Shown here: positions 13,234 through 25,988 of the stretch, in pieces
Layout: every line of letters begins with the position of its first letter
How positions within the stretch are numbered: the first letter of the stretch is position 1
Assembly: GCA_965603825.1 (NCBI GenBank)
Contig: CBFDEM010000056.1
Span: 868,001-932,000 of the forward strand
Direction: 5' to 3'
Origin: Blepharisma stoltei ATCC 30299
Taxonomy: Eukaryota > Protista > Ciliophora
DNA: 64,000 bases
The notes under the pieces: generated by a model
Seen by the model: only the letters and a program-made list of their open reading frames with translations
Databases searched by the model: none
What the model was told of the DNA's origin: nothing
Program-made: the position numbers and the translations under genes

Positions 13234-14445
13234 TTATGCACTTCTAGGCTCACTTCTTGGGGTCGAATCGTGGGACTCTTCTTTCACTCTTTCATCTCTT
13301 TTGCTAAAGAGGCTTGGATTATCTTTTAACCCATCTGCAATAGTTTGAAGTTTTTGCTTGATTTCTTTAACAGTTTTTTTCGAGTTTTTTATTTTACTGA
13401 AAATCGCAAGTGCTTTGTTAAAATAATCCTGTGCTTCTGCATATCGATTCAGTATCATCAAAATCGTTCCAATAACTTTCAAATCTTTTCCATACTGCTG
13501 ACTATTCTCCCCATGCAAAGATTTATCCACTTCTTCAAGCTCATAGCATTCTTGCAGTGCTTCTTCATATTCTTCTGCTTTAAGTAGCAGCATACATATA
13601 TTTCTTTTTACTTTAGCTGTGCTTTTATGTATCATACTATGATTATATTCATAAATATGTTCTGCGTTCCTTAAAGCATCCAAAGCTTCAGGATAATTAT
13701 TAGAATCTTGAAGCCACTGAGATAGTTTTAAGGCTACTTCTGCTGTAACATCTGTGTGAATATCAAGCTCGCCCATTAGGTTTAACGCTCGCTTTTGAGT
13801 ATCAATTGCATTATTTAGGTCACCTTGTTTTTTATAAACTTTGGCCATATCTATATAAATTTGTGTTAGTGATTCATGCTTCATCCCATAATGCTTTTCG
13901 TGGAGTTCCCAGACTGTAGTTAGGCAGTCTAAAGCTTTGGCGTGGTTTTTTTTCTTGCTTCATACTTGGGCTAAGGTGGAATATATTTGGGAATTAGATA
14001 AATTGTCTTCTCCTACCATTGCTTTGTTCATTTTGAGTGCTTTCTCTAGAAGGCTTAAAGAGTCATCAATTCCTCCAGCTTCGAGATAGCATTTGCCTAA
14101 TAATGTTAAAATATGAGTATGATAAGGTTTAGAGCCTTCATCTTCATTAACTAGTCTGCCATTATGACTTAAAGCTGTTGTTAAGTGCTCTAAAGCTTGC
14201 TCAAAATATTGATTATTAAGATAGCTCTCGCCTAGATTAGTATGGGCTTCAACCAAGATAGATTTGTGACGGTTATGTACATTTGCTAAAACTTTGCATA
14301 ATGCCAGTTGGTGGATTCTGACTTGGATGACTCCTTCTTTGTCACCAATTTCTTCTCGATCTTTTACGTAATCACCAAGGACTCTATTTTTTTCTTCCAG
14401 TTCGGCACAGATTCTATCTGAAATGCTCATTGGATGCTCTTCCAT
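13234..14445 (-). CDS. TPR-repeat protein, TTC23/kinesin-light-chain-like (403 aa)
   Basis: Multiple TPRs; two ORFs joined by TGA 13960. Confidence 0.75.
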
Positions 14446-14854
14446 TTTGTCTATTAAATATAATTGCTCAATCAAGAAACTGGCTTTCTAGCAAATCAAT
14501 CATAAGTTTGAAAATGTTTTAAGTATAGTTTAGATTTAAAAATTAAAATTAAACTAAATTCAAGACACTAGATAATATATACTTTTGGCTTAATATTTCG
14601 CTATAAATCAAACTTCATTATGAAATCGTGAGGAATATTTAATGCCTTGCAATATTTACCCCAACTATATGTATCTTTATATTTCTACCCACTTTTAAAG
14701 TATTTATACAAAAATCAAAAAAAATCATTTCTGTCACAATTAAAATCTCACAAGATCTTCCACAGGCCCCAATCCTTTATTAATATAAAGCTACCTCTTA
14801 ACGTTTGTCTTTATAGCTAAACTAGTCATATATGGCCATTCTTAATATTTAGCA

Positions 14855-15256
14855 ATGGCTACTCCACTCGTTAGACAGCACAAAATCAAGAAGCACAGAA
14901 GACAATTCTGGAGATTCCAAAGTGACAAGTTCAAGAGAGTTGGCCGAAGCTGGAGACAACCTCACGGTATCGATAACAGAGTCCGCCGAAAGTACAGAGG
15001 AAATCAGGATATGCCTGGAGTCGGATTTGGAACTGATAAGACCACCAGATTTGTCCTTCCAAACGGATTCAAAAAATTCCTCATCCATAACGAGAAAGAA
15101 CTTGAGGTCCTTCTTATGCACAACAGATCATTCTGTGCAGAATTAGCCCACTCATTAAGCACAAGAACAAGAAAGAGACTTATTGAAAGAGCAGCAGAGC
15201 TAGACATCAGAGTTACAAACGCAAGCGCTCGCTTAAGAACTGAAGAAAAGAAATAA
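14855..15256 (+). CDS. RPL32: 60S ribosomal protein L32 (eL32)
   Basis: RFQSD, WRQPHGIDNRVRRKY, ELEVLLMHNR. Confidence 0.98.
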   Translation: MATPLVRQHKIKKHRRQFWRFQSDKFKRVGRSWRQPHGIDNRVRRKYRGNQDMPGVGFGTDKTTRFVLPNGFKKFLIHNEKELEVLLMHNRSFCAELAHSLSTRTRKRLIERAAELDIRVTNASARLRTEEKK

Positions 15257-15377
15257 GCTTAACTTTACTTCGAATAAATTTATCCCCAAAATTAGGAATT
15301 ATTGTCTGGAGAGTTTTACTTCTTCACAATTTGACTAATTTTATAGTAAATAATTATGTATTAAATGCAAAAATTAT

Positions 15378-15764
15378 TTAGATTTCTTGAGGATTCATCT
15401 CAAGCTGTTTATTTTCTGTTTTTTCAGGTGAGCCTTCTGATGTTTCAGTGCTTAGGTCTCCCTCTTTTTCGAGACTTGCTTTGAATTTTTTGTAATCTTC
15501 GACGTCAAAGTTTTCAGGCTTTTCTGGGCTTTCCTCCTCGCTATCCCCTTGAATTTCTTCAGTGTCCTCTTCCTGAGGAGCCGGTGGAGGGATGAATTCT
15601 TCGTCTTCTTCTTCATCTTGTTCAGAAGGTTTGAATACTTTTAATTGAGGCTGGCATGCGTTTTCAGCTTGTGGAAGCTCTGAATTTTGAATTTCGACTT
15701 CTGGGTCTTCTCTTTTTCTTTTAATAGCTTCTGGCTCAGTGATTTCGTGAACTTCTGTATCCAT
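15378..15764 (-). CDS. small acidic protein with basic N-terminal patch
   Basis: 128-aa E/D-rich ORF; motif FDVEDYKKFK shared with 19890..20261. Confidence 0.7.
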   Translation of the reverse strand: MDTEVHEITEPEAIKRKREDPEVEIQNSELPQAENACQPQLKVFKPSEQDEEEDEEFIPPPAPQEEDTEEIQGDSEEESPEKPENFDVEDYKKFKASLEKEGDLSTETSEGSPEKTENKQLEMNPQEI

Positions 15765-15931
15765 TTAATTATTTATAACCCGCCATATTTCACTATAACT
15801 TATGCATGCCTATTTCATTTCAATCTTTTTTGCCAATTATTTTTCTAAAAATAATTTAAATTTATCCATTAATACTTTAAATTATGCATTTATTACTCTA
15901 TTTCATATATAAAATAAAGATTTTATCTAAA

Positions 15932-16495
15932 TTATTCTTTTTTATTTCTTGGAACTTGTTTTCTTGCATCCATATATTGATCAGTCATTTTCTTTGGAAC
16001 CCCAGCAAGCTCATCAATCAAAACAGTGAATTTTTGATCAATTTCTTCAAGTAATTGTTTATTTGTTTTTGACTCCGCAGAATCTTCATTCAGCATATAT
16101 CTATTTTCAATAGAATCATAAATAGCGGACCTGATATCTGAAAGACTATTAATCCCAAAGATTTTCTTGAGTATTTTATAGTAAAAAGGCAGCCCACAGG
16201 TGGTATAGATTGAGGACATCAAAAAAGCTAGACCAAACAATCCAGCAGCGCTTCGTATTTTTAAATTTAGCATTCGTGAATGAAAGGCACAGAATTTCTT
16301 GAAGACTGTTTGATTGAGCATTATAAATAGAGGAATTGAAAAATAAGTCATTGTTCATATACCTCCATAAGCAAGCCTCCTGTAAGTTAGTCTAAAAGCA
16401 TTGACGTCATCTGGATTCCGCTTAAGGCTTCTGTATTTTTTGGTAATTTCTTTGGCTGCTTCCTTCATAGAAGCTTTAGTCTCTGGATCAGACAT
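15932..16495 (-). CDS. small two-TM membrane protein (187 aa)
   Basis: ATG 16495 in frame with track ORF through one TGA; two hydrophobic segments. Confidence 0.65.
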
Positions 16496-16696
16496 GGATT
16501 AATTTGTGTAATGGCTTTAGGTATTTATTCATAAAAATATTAGGCAATTTTAGATATTTACTTGCAAGCCAATTTTATTTAAATATATCATATTTATTAG
16601 CTAAAGCCTAAGCTGTTCTATTAGAAGAATAATGGCTGATATGTAGCAGCTCATCTTATAATGCTTAATTATTGCTTTTAATTAAGGTCTAATATA

Positions 16697-17752
16697 ATGG
16701 AGATCATCAAAAGCCCTACCAAAAAAATTCCAGTACTTCCTAGTCTCAATTCAATAAGATATAGATGCTCCTCAGCTATAAGAATTGCATCAAAACATAT
16801 AGCAATCTCTCCAGAAAGGCCAACTAAGCGAAAAGTTGCTGATAATGACTTATACCCTAACAGTCCAAATAAACCAATTTCCCCAATCATGAATAAAAGT
16901 GTCGAAGAATTCCATCCTTCATATTCTATAAAAGACCTATATCTTGGAAAATGCTTAGGCAGAGGAAAACAAGGCAGAGTCGTCCACGCAACTTTGAGAA
17001 ATAAAGAATTTGCTGTCAAAATTTTGCATAAGGACGAAAAAAAAACTGGCGAAATGGAGTGAAAAATCTTAAACAGGCTGAAATCACCTTTTCTTGTACA
17101 TAGCTATGGAAAAATAATGGACAGTGACAATATGTATCTTCTTCTAGAACTTATGGACGGAGGCGACTTATTTCATCTTATTCGAAAGCGTAAGCTGAAT
17201 ATAAAAGAAATCACATTTATTTCCGCAGAAATAGTACTAGCTGTTGAGCATCTCCATAATCAGGGTGTTATATATAGAGACTTAAAGCCTGAAAATGTAA
17301 TGCTCGATGCTTCAGGACATATCAAGCTTGTCGATTTTGGACTGTCAAAAATAATTGACGACGATAGAGCACAGACAGCTTGTGGGTCAGCAGAATATAT
17401 GGCTCCAGAAATAATAAGGAGGCAGCTATATACCTATAGTGCGGATTGGTGAAGCTTTGGGGTGTTAGTTTATGAACTTTTTCATGGCCATACACCATTT
17501 AGAGGTGAATCCAATAAAGAAGTCTATCAAAATATACTGAGAGGAGATATTATTTATTCTAGATCACTAGATGCTACCTCAAAAGATTTTATTAGAAGTC
17601 TATTAAACTTAGAATCAGAATACAGACTAGGAAGCTTAGAAAATGGAATTTGCGACATAAAAAATCATCCTTTTTTTAGGAAAATTGATTGGAGAGTTAT
17701 CCCGGAGAGATTACAGTCTCCTTTGCGTGAGCATCAGATTTGTAAAATATAA
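16697..17752 (+). CDS. AGC-family (PKA-like) Ser/Thr kinase (351 aa)
   Basis: GRGKQG, AVK, YRDLKPEN, DFG, APE, DW(W)S with TGA at 17450; also TGA 17060. Confidence 0.92.
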
Positions 17753-17780
17753 TAAATAAAAATCCTTTAAAACTAAGCTA

Positions 17781-18452
17781 TTAATCGTCTACAGTATTTA
17801 CTACTTTATATTCTTGGTGCCTTCTGTCTCTTCTTATATTTTGCACTTCTTCCTGCAGCTTTAGGCCCATTTTCTTCTCTATAGCTGACCAAGTGTTGTT
17901 TCTATAATATCATATAATTAAGCCAAAAAATGCCATATACATTGCGACAGAAAAATTTACGTCTCTTCAGCTGTCCCAAAACATTTTATGTGCCTCAGGA
18001 CTGTCATTAGGATGGAGCTGTTCTCTTTTTTTCTTCAAAAATTCTTGCCGCCTTTGCTCATATATGTTGAAATTTTCTTTTTTCTGGGTATTTTCCCAGA
18101 ATTTGTGATATTCAGAGTCATTGATGTCAAATCCGCCATATGCAGTTGATTTTTTGGTAAATGGGTCTTCATTTTTATCTTGACTTTCTGTGGTGCTTGA
18201 AGTGGTTGTATGTGGGTCTCCTCCGTTTAATATTTTTCGATCATAGTCTTCTCTTCTTGAAGGATCGACTAAGGTTGCATAGGCTTCATTAATTTCTTTA
18301 AATTTGGTGCTGTCTTTGTTTGGCATGGCATCTGGGTGGTATTTTCTAGCAAGTTTATAGTATGCTGCTTTGATTTGCTGGCTGTTTGATTCAATTGGAA
18401 CATCTAGAATTTCGTAATATGTAGCGAAATATCTTAATGTTCTTCTAAGCAT
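17781..18452 (-). CDS. DnaJ-domain protein, probable mitochondrial, with TM (223 aa)
   Basis: MLRRTLRYF presequence-like, J domain with HPD, TM segment after TGA 17967. Confidence 0.85.
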
Positions 18453-18502
18453 AATCCTTATTATCCATTATTCCATTCAAAATCTTTATTTATAAAGCTT
18501 TA

Positions 18503-19252
18503 TTATAATACACTAAACAGCGGAGATTTGTCGTCAGTCATATCTTCTCTAAATGCTTCGAGTTCTTCTTCTATTTCCTCAACACTCAAAATATCGCTTT
18601 CAGTTTCTGAAATGCTCCCTTGTCGTTTTCCAGGCATTTCTAGCAATGCGTCAACCATTTCGTCATAATTTTTGACATTTGTTTTTTTCTGTACAGTGTA
18701 AATAAGATTATTGTATTTTGAATTCATGTCTTTTATATTTGCAGCAGCTGAACAATCTGTAATGAGAAGCCAGTTATTAAAGCTCAGTTTAAAATTTGCA
18801 AAAAGCCTGTTTAAGTGCTGCTCAAAAGGCTCCATATCGTCATTCATACTCATCTTGGCTAGATAAGCTGTATAAATTGTGAGAAGTCTTGGCTTGACTG
18901 ATCTATCCTCCATTGAGGCATTTTCTAATAACATTCCTCAATAAAGAATTTCAACTTGATTCAGTAAAAGTAAGTCAGCAATTGAATTTAGCATTGAGTA
19001 GATTTTTTTGTATGATCAAGAAGGGCTCAGGTGGCATTCTAATGCTATTTTTTTTAATGATTGCTGTCTTAGATGGCTTACACCTAAAGAGTGAAATTCT
19101 CGATAAAGCTCGTTATAAATTTGCAAAAATGGGGTTTGGGGTGGAGATTTCAGAACTGCAGATTCTGCGAAATCAAGAGGAGAGAATAGTGAGTCACTGG
19201 AACGTATATTGCACTCAACATTTAAACCGAAGTTTCTTATTCTTGACACCAT
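18503..19252 (-). CDS. hypothetical protein (249 aa)
   Basis: Two track ORFs in the same frame joined by two TGA. Confidence 0.65.
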
Positions 19253-19889
19253 TTATATTCTTTTATAAACATGTATACACTGGCTGCTTATTTAAAAATC
19301 AAATTATAAGTGAATTTTTTTATCATTGAGGTCATTTTCTGGAGTTTTTAATCCAGAGTTAGCATTTATATCTGTTGAATTTCATTGTATTTTAATTGCA
19401 GATAAATAATAGATTTGCTTTAGTTTTGATTCTTAAGGTCGAAAAATGAGATTTAACTTAAAATGGGAAATAATTTTTATTTCATTAAATGTTTTGATAT
19501 AAATAGATATTTAAAAAATACATAAAAATAGGCTATTTTATTGATTTAATACTTAATTTAATACAAATATATTATAGTCTCATAGTTAAAATATCAGATT
19601 TTGTTTTAATTGTTTTAAATGGTAAAAAATTAATAAATTCTTTATTTTAGATAAGGGTTGTAATTATTGTGATTATACTAATGATATTAGCAGGTTTTTA
19701 TATCTAAAATACTCTTAAAACTCCCTTTATCCTAAATAAAAAGTTAATTCTCTATTTGATTAATTATTAATTACACAGAAAGCATGCATTAAACATAAAA
19801 TCCTAATAAATAATATTTGTCTAGCCTTAAATGCTGATTTTCAAATTAAATTCCTGCAGAAATTTAAAGGATAACGCCATTTCTACTAT

Positions 19890-20261
19890 TTAAGCTTCAG
19901 ATTCTTCTGACTCTTCTTCGCTGCCTTCAGACTCTCCTTCTTCTTCACTTCCTGCGCTTTCCTCACTTCCACTTTCTTCTTCTCCACTTTCAGAGCTTTC
20001 TGCATTCTGTCCATTATCCTGCTCTCTGAATTTCCTATATCCTTCAAAATCAAAATCCTCATCCTCCCCATGCTCTTCTTCATCAGATAGCAATGACGGC
20101 ACCTCTTCGGAGGTGTCAGAATGATCAGGCACAAATTCTTCATCAGAGACTTCAATGTCTTCATCAATAATTTTCGCTTTTTTTGCAGGCTGTGGTCCTC
20201 TTCTCTCACTTCCTTGGCTATCTCTTTTTGATGGTATTGATTCTCTGTGATCTCCTGACAT
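19890..20261 (-). CDS. small acidic protein with NLS-like patch and E/S/G-rich tail
   Basis: 123-aa ORF; PAKKAK, DEEFVP, FDFEGYRKFR. Confidence 0.7.
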   Translation of the reverse strand: MSGDHRESIPSKRDSQGSERRGPQPAKKAKIIDEDIEVSDEEFVPDHSDTSEEVPSLLSDEEEHGEDEDFDFEGYRKFREQDNGQNAESSESGEEESGSEESAGSEEEGESEGSEEESEESEA

Positions 20262-20412
20262 TAATATGTTAAATATAAGTGTGGAGCATAGCTGGCGCTA
20301 ATAAATTATTTATAAATAATTTTGAATCGGCAAAAACTCAGCTTTGGTTTTAATAAAAGATATAAAAAGGGCTGAAATCATGGTAAAGAAAATAGCTTAT
20401 GAAGAAGTTTAC

Positions 20413-21192
20413 TTATTTAGCTATTTCTGCTGTAAGAGCGTTCTTGGCTCCTTCCTCTTCTGGCTTTGCCTGAGTTGAGATCTCTGGGGCGTCCTTATAA
20501 AGCTCCATAAGTTTAGCTACATCGATCTTTGGCCTCTTGATCACCTTGACTTTTCTGACGTAAACGTTCTGTAGTGGGAAAATAGTTGAGCATTCCTTGA
20601 CGATTCTCTTGTTAATATCAGTTCCAATCAAAACCTTGACTAAGCCTTTCAAATCGTTTGACTGAGCCTCGTTAGCTAAGATGTTCATCATGGTTTTCCT
20701 GATTTGTTTAATTTGTGAAGTTTTGGCGTAGCAGGTCTTTTTGACTTGGTTGGCTCTTTTTGCGGTAAAGCCAATGCAAAACATTCTAACTTTGAAGTTG
20801 TCTTTGGTTTCAACGTCAATGTGAGCTTCAATAAGCGTCTGCCATTTTCTAAGAAGGGAACACAGCATATCTCTGGTGAAATCTAAGCCATAGAAATTTG
20901 TAAGACATTGCTTTCCTTGGACTTCGTCAACAATAAGCTTGACTTTTCTGTAGGCAAGTTCGTCTGAGTTTTGGAGGTCTGCAAGGTTGGCTTCGAAAAC
21001 TCTGCCTTTAAGAGCATCACTAGCAATTTTGGTGCCTGATGTTTTGTTTACAAAAGTCTTGCCAACGTTTCTTACTGTGAAGGTTGAAGGAGCTTTAACT
21101 TCGAAGACTTCTTTTTTTGAGAAAGGATCTCCGACACGTTTTTTGCCTCCTTTACGAGCACGTGAAGCTTGCTTGTTCTTGCCCTGTGCCAT
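20413..21192 (-). CDS. RPS3A: 40S ribosomal protein S3a (eS1)
   Basis: [36 protein letters not shown]. Confidence 0.98.
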   Translation of the reverse strand: MAQGKNKQASRARKGGKKRVGDPFSKKEVFEVKAPSTFTVRNVGKTFVNKTSGTKIASDALKGRVFEANLADLQNSDELAYRKVKLIVDEVQGKQCLTNFYGLDFTRDMLCSLLRKWQTLIEAHIDVETKDNFKVRMFCIGFTAKRANQVKKTCYAKTSQIKQIRKTMMNILANEAQSNDLKGLVKVLIGTDINKRIVKECSTIFPLQNVYVRKVKVIKRPKIDVAKLMELYKDAPEISTQAKPEEEGAKNALTAEIAK

Positions 21193-21338
21193 TTAATGTT
21201 AACCACAGCCAACATGGAGTCATAGTAATATTTAACCAATTGATATAAAAGTATCTTTGAAATCTAGGTATCGACTTCATTATTATCAATTAGGAATTTT
21301 TAGCTACAACCTTTCTTTAAAACATGATTTTATTATTT

Positions 21339-23087
21339 TTATGCAAGTTCTTCATCCAAAGGTCCTTTATTTGGCCCATTCAGCATATGCGTGAGTATAT
21401 CTTTTGTATATTTCAACCTCTTCGTCATCTCTTGATTCGTGCTTTCAAGTGCTGTTGCCAGCGCATACGTCGTTCTTTCTCCTTTCTTATTCACATAAGT
21501 TACCATTCTTGTCTCGCTTGACAGAATAATTTCTGTGTGATCTTGGAAATTAACCTGCACAATTTTATTAGAAAGTCTAAACATAATTGCATGCCGAGTC
21601 CGCATCCATTTTTTGATATAAATTGGTGTTGGATTTTCTTTTTCTTCTTCAAGCCCTGTATCTTGTTTGACATCTCCATCTAAATAACTTCTAAAATGCT
21701 GGAGTAAGGTGATCTTTTTTTGCAGATCTTTAGGATATTCAGTTAAAGTATGCTGCACAATGATATCTTGCTTATCAGGACCTCTTCTCTCCATATAATT
21801 AAATCTATGGCCGTTTGGGTCTAAAATAATTTTGGTGGAGTCGTTAAAAAATACCCCAGTGGCTCCATTTGATAATAAATACCCTAAGCCGTATTTACTT
21901 GAATAATCCACCCATTTTTTCACTCACACTTCTGGCCCGTTTTGGGTCGGAATATATGAAGAACTTGCACTAGTTCTGGCTCCAAGGACTTTCCCAGTCT
22001 CTTCTTTTATTTTCGCTGTCCTTTCTGTATTCATTAATTCATTTCTGGGGGTTCTTAGTGAAGCTTTTGGGTTCAAAGCTGAAGGGGTGGTATCTGAAAA
22101 TCTTTGGGTCGCTGAAGAAGTTTGCTGGGCATTAGGCATAAATTGCCGCAAGTACGAAACTGACGGTGGACAGGCTAAAGTGGACGCTGGGAGCAACTTA
22201 GGCACTGTATAACCTTGATGAAAAAATTCATGGGCCACGATTTCATCAAGAGTTGGTCTCTTCGCTGGGTCATTTACCAGAATTCTCGTAATTAAGCTTT
22301 TACTTGATTCACTAAGTGGGACATGGTCAGGAAAAGAATAAGCGTTCATTTTGATGCGGCGGTAGGTAGTTTTTACATCAGAAGTCTCAAATGGAGGCTT
22401 TCCTACCAGTAGCGTATAGGTAATAACCCCTAAAGACCAAATATCGACTTCATAAGAATGCCCTGTCTTCCCATCCAGTACTTCTGGGGCTATATAGTTA
22501 GGAGTCCCACAGATGGTCTTTTTCTTCTCACCGTCATATTCCAGCTTAGCAGCCAGACCAAAGTCACCGATTTTTATTTCCATCTTATCAGATAGAAACA
22601 AATTCCCAAGCTTAAGGTCACGATGGATAACTTTGTGGCTCTGCAAATATCTCATTGCAGAAATACACTGCAAGATATAGCATTGGACTTCTAGCTCAGT
22701 AAGTCGTTTGCGCCTTCGAAGAAGCTCATTCATAGTTTGATTTGAACATAATTCGAGCAAAATATAAACATTTTCGTTGTCTTCAAAGAAATGCTCAAAA
22801 CCGACTATATTAGGATGATGTAATGCCCTATGAATTTTAATTTCTGACATCAGTTTCTGCTTTGCACGACTTTTTTGAAGTGACTCCTTAGGGACTATCT
22901 TTGCTGCTGTAACTTTTCGAGTTTCTAAGTTTGAAAACTCGTAAACACGAGCAAAGCCACCTTTGCCTAGGAATCTTCCTTTGGAATATCTACGCATGGC
23001 TACTTCTCCGTTAGTCTTAACTATTTTTTCTTCTATAGTGGTTGCTGACTCTCCATCTTCATGGTTTCTGCCTGACTTACTATCCAT
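21339..23087 (-). CDS. PLK1: Polo-like kinase (582 aa)
   Basis: GKGGFA, HRDLKLGN, TICGTPNYIAPE; polo box V(W)VKKWVDYSSKYGLGY joined at TGA 21924. Confidence 0.96.
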
Positions 23088-23136
23088 AAAATATTAATTA
23101 TGATTAATCTATTTATATATCTGCAATCCAAATGGT

Positions 23137-24114
23137 TTATAACTGATTATGAGCAAAATAAGCCTTTTTTCTTTTTTTAGATAAGTTCATCTCACCAGTA
23201 AAAGTCGTCCTATAGGTTGTGGCAAATTGGCCGTTCCAGTCTGATCCTGGCCGAAAATCTTGACTGACTGCTTTTTCCCGTTTGGGAATATTTCTCTTGT
23301 TAAATGGCTTAAAGTCGCGGGCAAAGGTAGATGTTCCTATAAATTCAGACGAAGGCGAAATCACGTTGGAGTTTTTAAGCTGAGTTGGGGATTGAAGTCT
23401 TACATTTAAGTCTAAAAGTCCTTCTTGTATTCTATAGTCCTTTGCATAACTAGACGCTCCAGAAAACTTGACTTCTCCTCCTCTATACGGCAAATTTATC
23501 ATATGAACTTGTTCAGCATGATATTCCCCTCAATTCGGATACTCAGACTTATAAAAACTTTTCCCTGTAAATTTCAGCTTCAAATAGTCTAAGTTTTGTT
23601 CTCTTTTCTGCCTTGGCTCTATAGGAAAAGGCTTAAAATCATTTTTATTTGTAGTGGTAAGGTCAATAGGAAGAGAATTCCGCATATAAGCTTCTTTTAA
23701 GTTTTTCTTTAAATTAGGAAGCTTATGTTTAGGGAACTTAATTTTGTATATAGTTGAGAACTGTGAAGAAGCACTTTTATACATCCTTCGATAGTCTCCT
23801 GGGCATATATGTTTCTTGCAGTTGCATAAATAGCAGAAACACTGGTCAACCATATGCTCCATTTCAGTTACTGGAGGCAATGAGGGATCATTTAATGCAC
23901 ATCAAGGCTCGCCTTCGTCCATTCGAGGAATAGTACTCACAGAACTTTGCAGGCTTCCAGAAGAAGCCACACTTATCCTAGAAAAACGCTTGGAAGTAAC
24001 AGGACTTTCCATTACACTTTGCTGCTTTTCGTTTGGTGAATTAATTTCAGGGATATTTAAGTTTCCAGTATTAGAAGCTATCCTTCCAGTTACTTCATTA
24101 GAAGTTTTATCCAT
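23137..24114 (-). CDS. SAXO/FAM154-like axonemal microtubule-stabilising protein (325 aa)
   Basis: CFCYLCNCKKHICP motif and repeated T..+.DF/Y units; three ORFs joined via TGA 23902 and 23530. Confidence 0.65.
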
Positions 24115-24630
24115 TTATAAATTCTGGCTTAAAAGATTTAATTAGAAATATTATTTAATTACTTCAAAGATATTTAATACGAATTTATTCAGCCATGAAA
24201 ATCTTTTTTAAGGAGGCCAAGATAAATTATTAAAGAAATGATATCATTTTTGGCTATTTTAATTGAAGTTTTGAGAGATCAATAATTATGTTGTCTCAGT
24301 TTTGAGCAAAAAAACATAAAAATTAATTATGTTAAATATTAAAATCTATAAGATGAGTTTAAATTAACAAATAATTAAATTATCAAAAATTAACAAAAAT
24401 AATGAAAATTAATGAAAAATATTTCTTAAGAGATTAATTTTCATCAGAAAAAATTAAAACATAGAATGCTATAAATTGCTGTTCTATTGACTGAAAAAAT
24501 TAATTGCTGAAGTTATGAAATAGAATTATTCTAAAAATAAGCATAGTTGATAATTAGTGTTTTTGAATATTAAATAGCATTTAAATGCTAGATAATCCAA
24601 TTTTGTTTATGAATGGTGGAATCTTATAAA

Positions 24631-25014
24631 ATGGAAAGAGAAGGCGTAAAGACTCCTCCAATATTAGACTGAGTTGTAGTTTCGCTACCATGCTCGCCAA
24701 GTGAAGCAGAAGATACATACTTACCATTTGAAACAATATCAGCTGCTGTTTTACAATTAGAAAAACTATACCTTGACGATATCTCGCTTAAAAGGGAAGA
24801 GAGCTTCCGTCTTCACAAAAAACATATAGAGCAAGTTCAAATTGATCCAAATCCACCAATTGTAAAAGATGATAGTTTACATGGAATCTGCAATGACGTA
24901 ATGCGCAGGATGGCTGAAATCCTCAGAGAAATTGATAAAAAAGAGGATTGCTTAGATTTATTTTTCAAATTCCAAGGATTGGATGATATATTAAGGAAAA
25001 GAAATGAGTCGTAA
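24631..25014 (+). CDS. hypothetical protein (127 aa), absent from ORF track
   Basis: MEREGVKTPPILD(W)VVVSLP...ILRKRNES-TAA; open with TGA=Trp, coding-like GC in AT-rich flanks. Confidence 0.6.
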
Positions 25015-25115
25015 TTAATTTAGGCTGAAATGAGGATAATTTAAATTAATCATGTGAAATAAGTAATAAATTTAAGAATTATAAAAGATTAGAAGAGATA
25101 TAGAAAAATAAAAAA

Positions 25116-25197
25116 CGACACCTATGAGATTTGAACTCATGCGGGGAGACCCCATTAGCTTAGCAGGCTAACGCCTTAACCACTCGGCCAAAGTGTC
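25116..25197 (-). tRNA. tRNA-Ser(GCU)
   Basis: GACACTT/AGGTGTC acceptor, TTAGC-CT-GCT-AA-GCTAA, long variable arm GGGG..CCCC, G discriminator, T-run. Confidence 0.95.
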
Positions 25198-25346
25198 AGT
25201 TCAGATTAATTGCGTGCTAAAATTATTTTCTATATTTGAATAAGCCTTTGCTGTGCCAAATTTAATGAAAATATTATATGCTAAATATATAACAATATTT
25301 GTTTAATTTTTTATTAATTAACTATTGCTGATTAATTTTTCATTTA

Positions 25347-25988
25347 TTATTTATTTTTTGGCTTCAAATGCGAAGTATCATTTTCCAGCATCATTTTATA
25401 AGTTAATTTGTTCCCTTTTCTACTGAATCTAATGATATACAGCGCAGTATTATGACTTTTATTTGCTAAGACTGCTTCTTGCCCTTTGAGCTCTCTAATT
25501 GCATTTAAAAATTCCATAATTCAGCCGCCATGACTAATAATTAATATTTTTTGAGGATTTGGGCTATCATTTGTTTCTAAATGATTTCTCAACAAATGAT
25601 TGAGAAAATCTTTAGCCCTTCGATGGACATCTCTTCAGCATTCTCCACCTGGGGGTTTGAATTCTCTTGGATTAATGCCAAGAGCTCTGGCTGCTCTATC
25701 AGTACTTCCAAGGGGCATGCCTTCCATCTCCCCACCACTTTTTTCTCTAATTCTTGGATCCAAAACTGGCTGTATATAATTGTGATATTGAATAATTTGA
25801 GAAAGGGTCTGCTGGCACCTATGGAGGTCACTAGAATATATTGCGTCAAATCTATAATTATTAAGCCTTTCTCCTAATAATAATGCTTGCTCAAACCCAA
25901 GCTGTGTTAATTCTCCTCCATGCTGTCCTTGTATTATTCTATCAACATTTCCAACAGTTTCTCCATGTCTAGTCAAAAACAGCTCCAT
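25347..25988 (-). CDS. histidine phosphatase, phosphoglycerate mutase/TIGAR family (213 aa)
   Basis: LTRHGET, SSDLHRC, PGGEC(W), ISHGG(W), HNTA, ENDTSHL. Confidence 0.9.
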
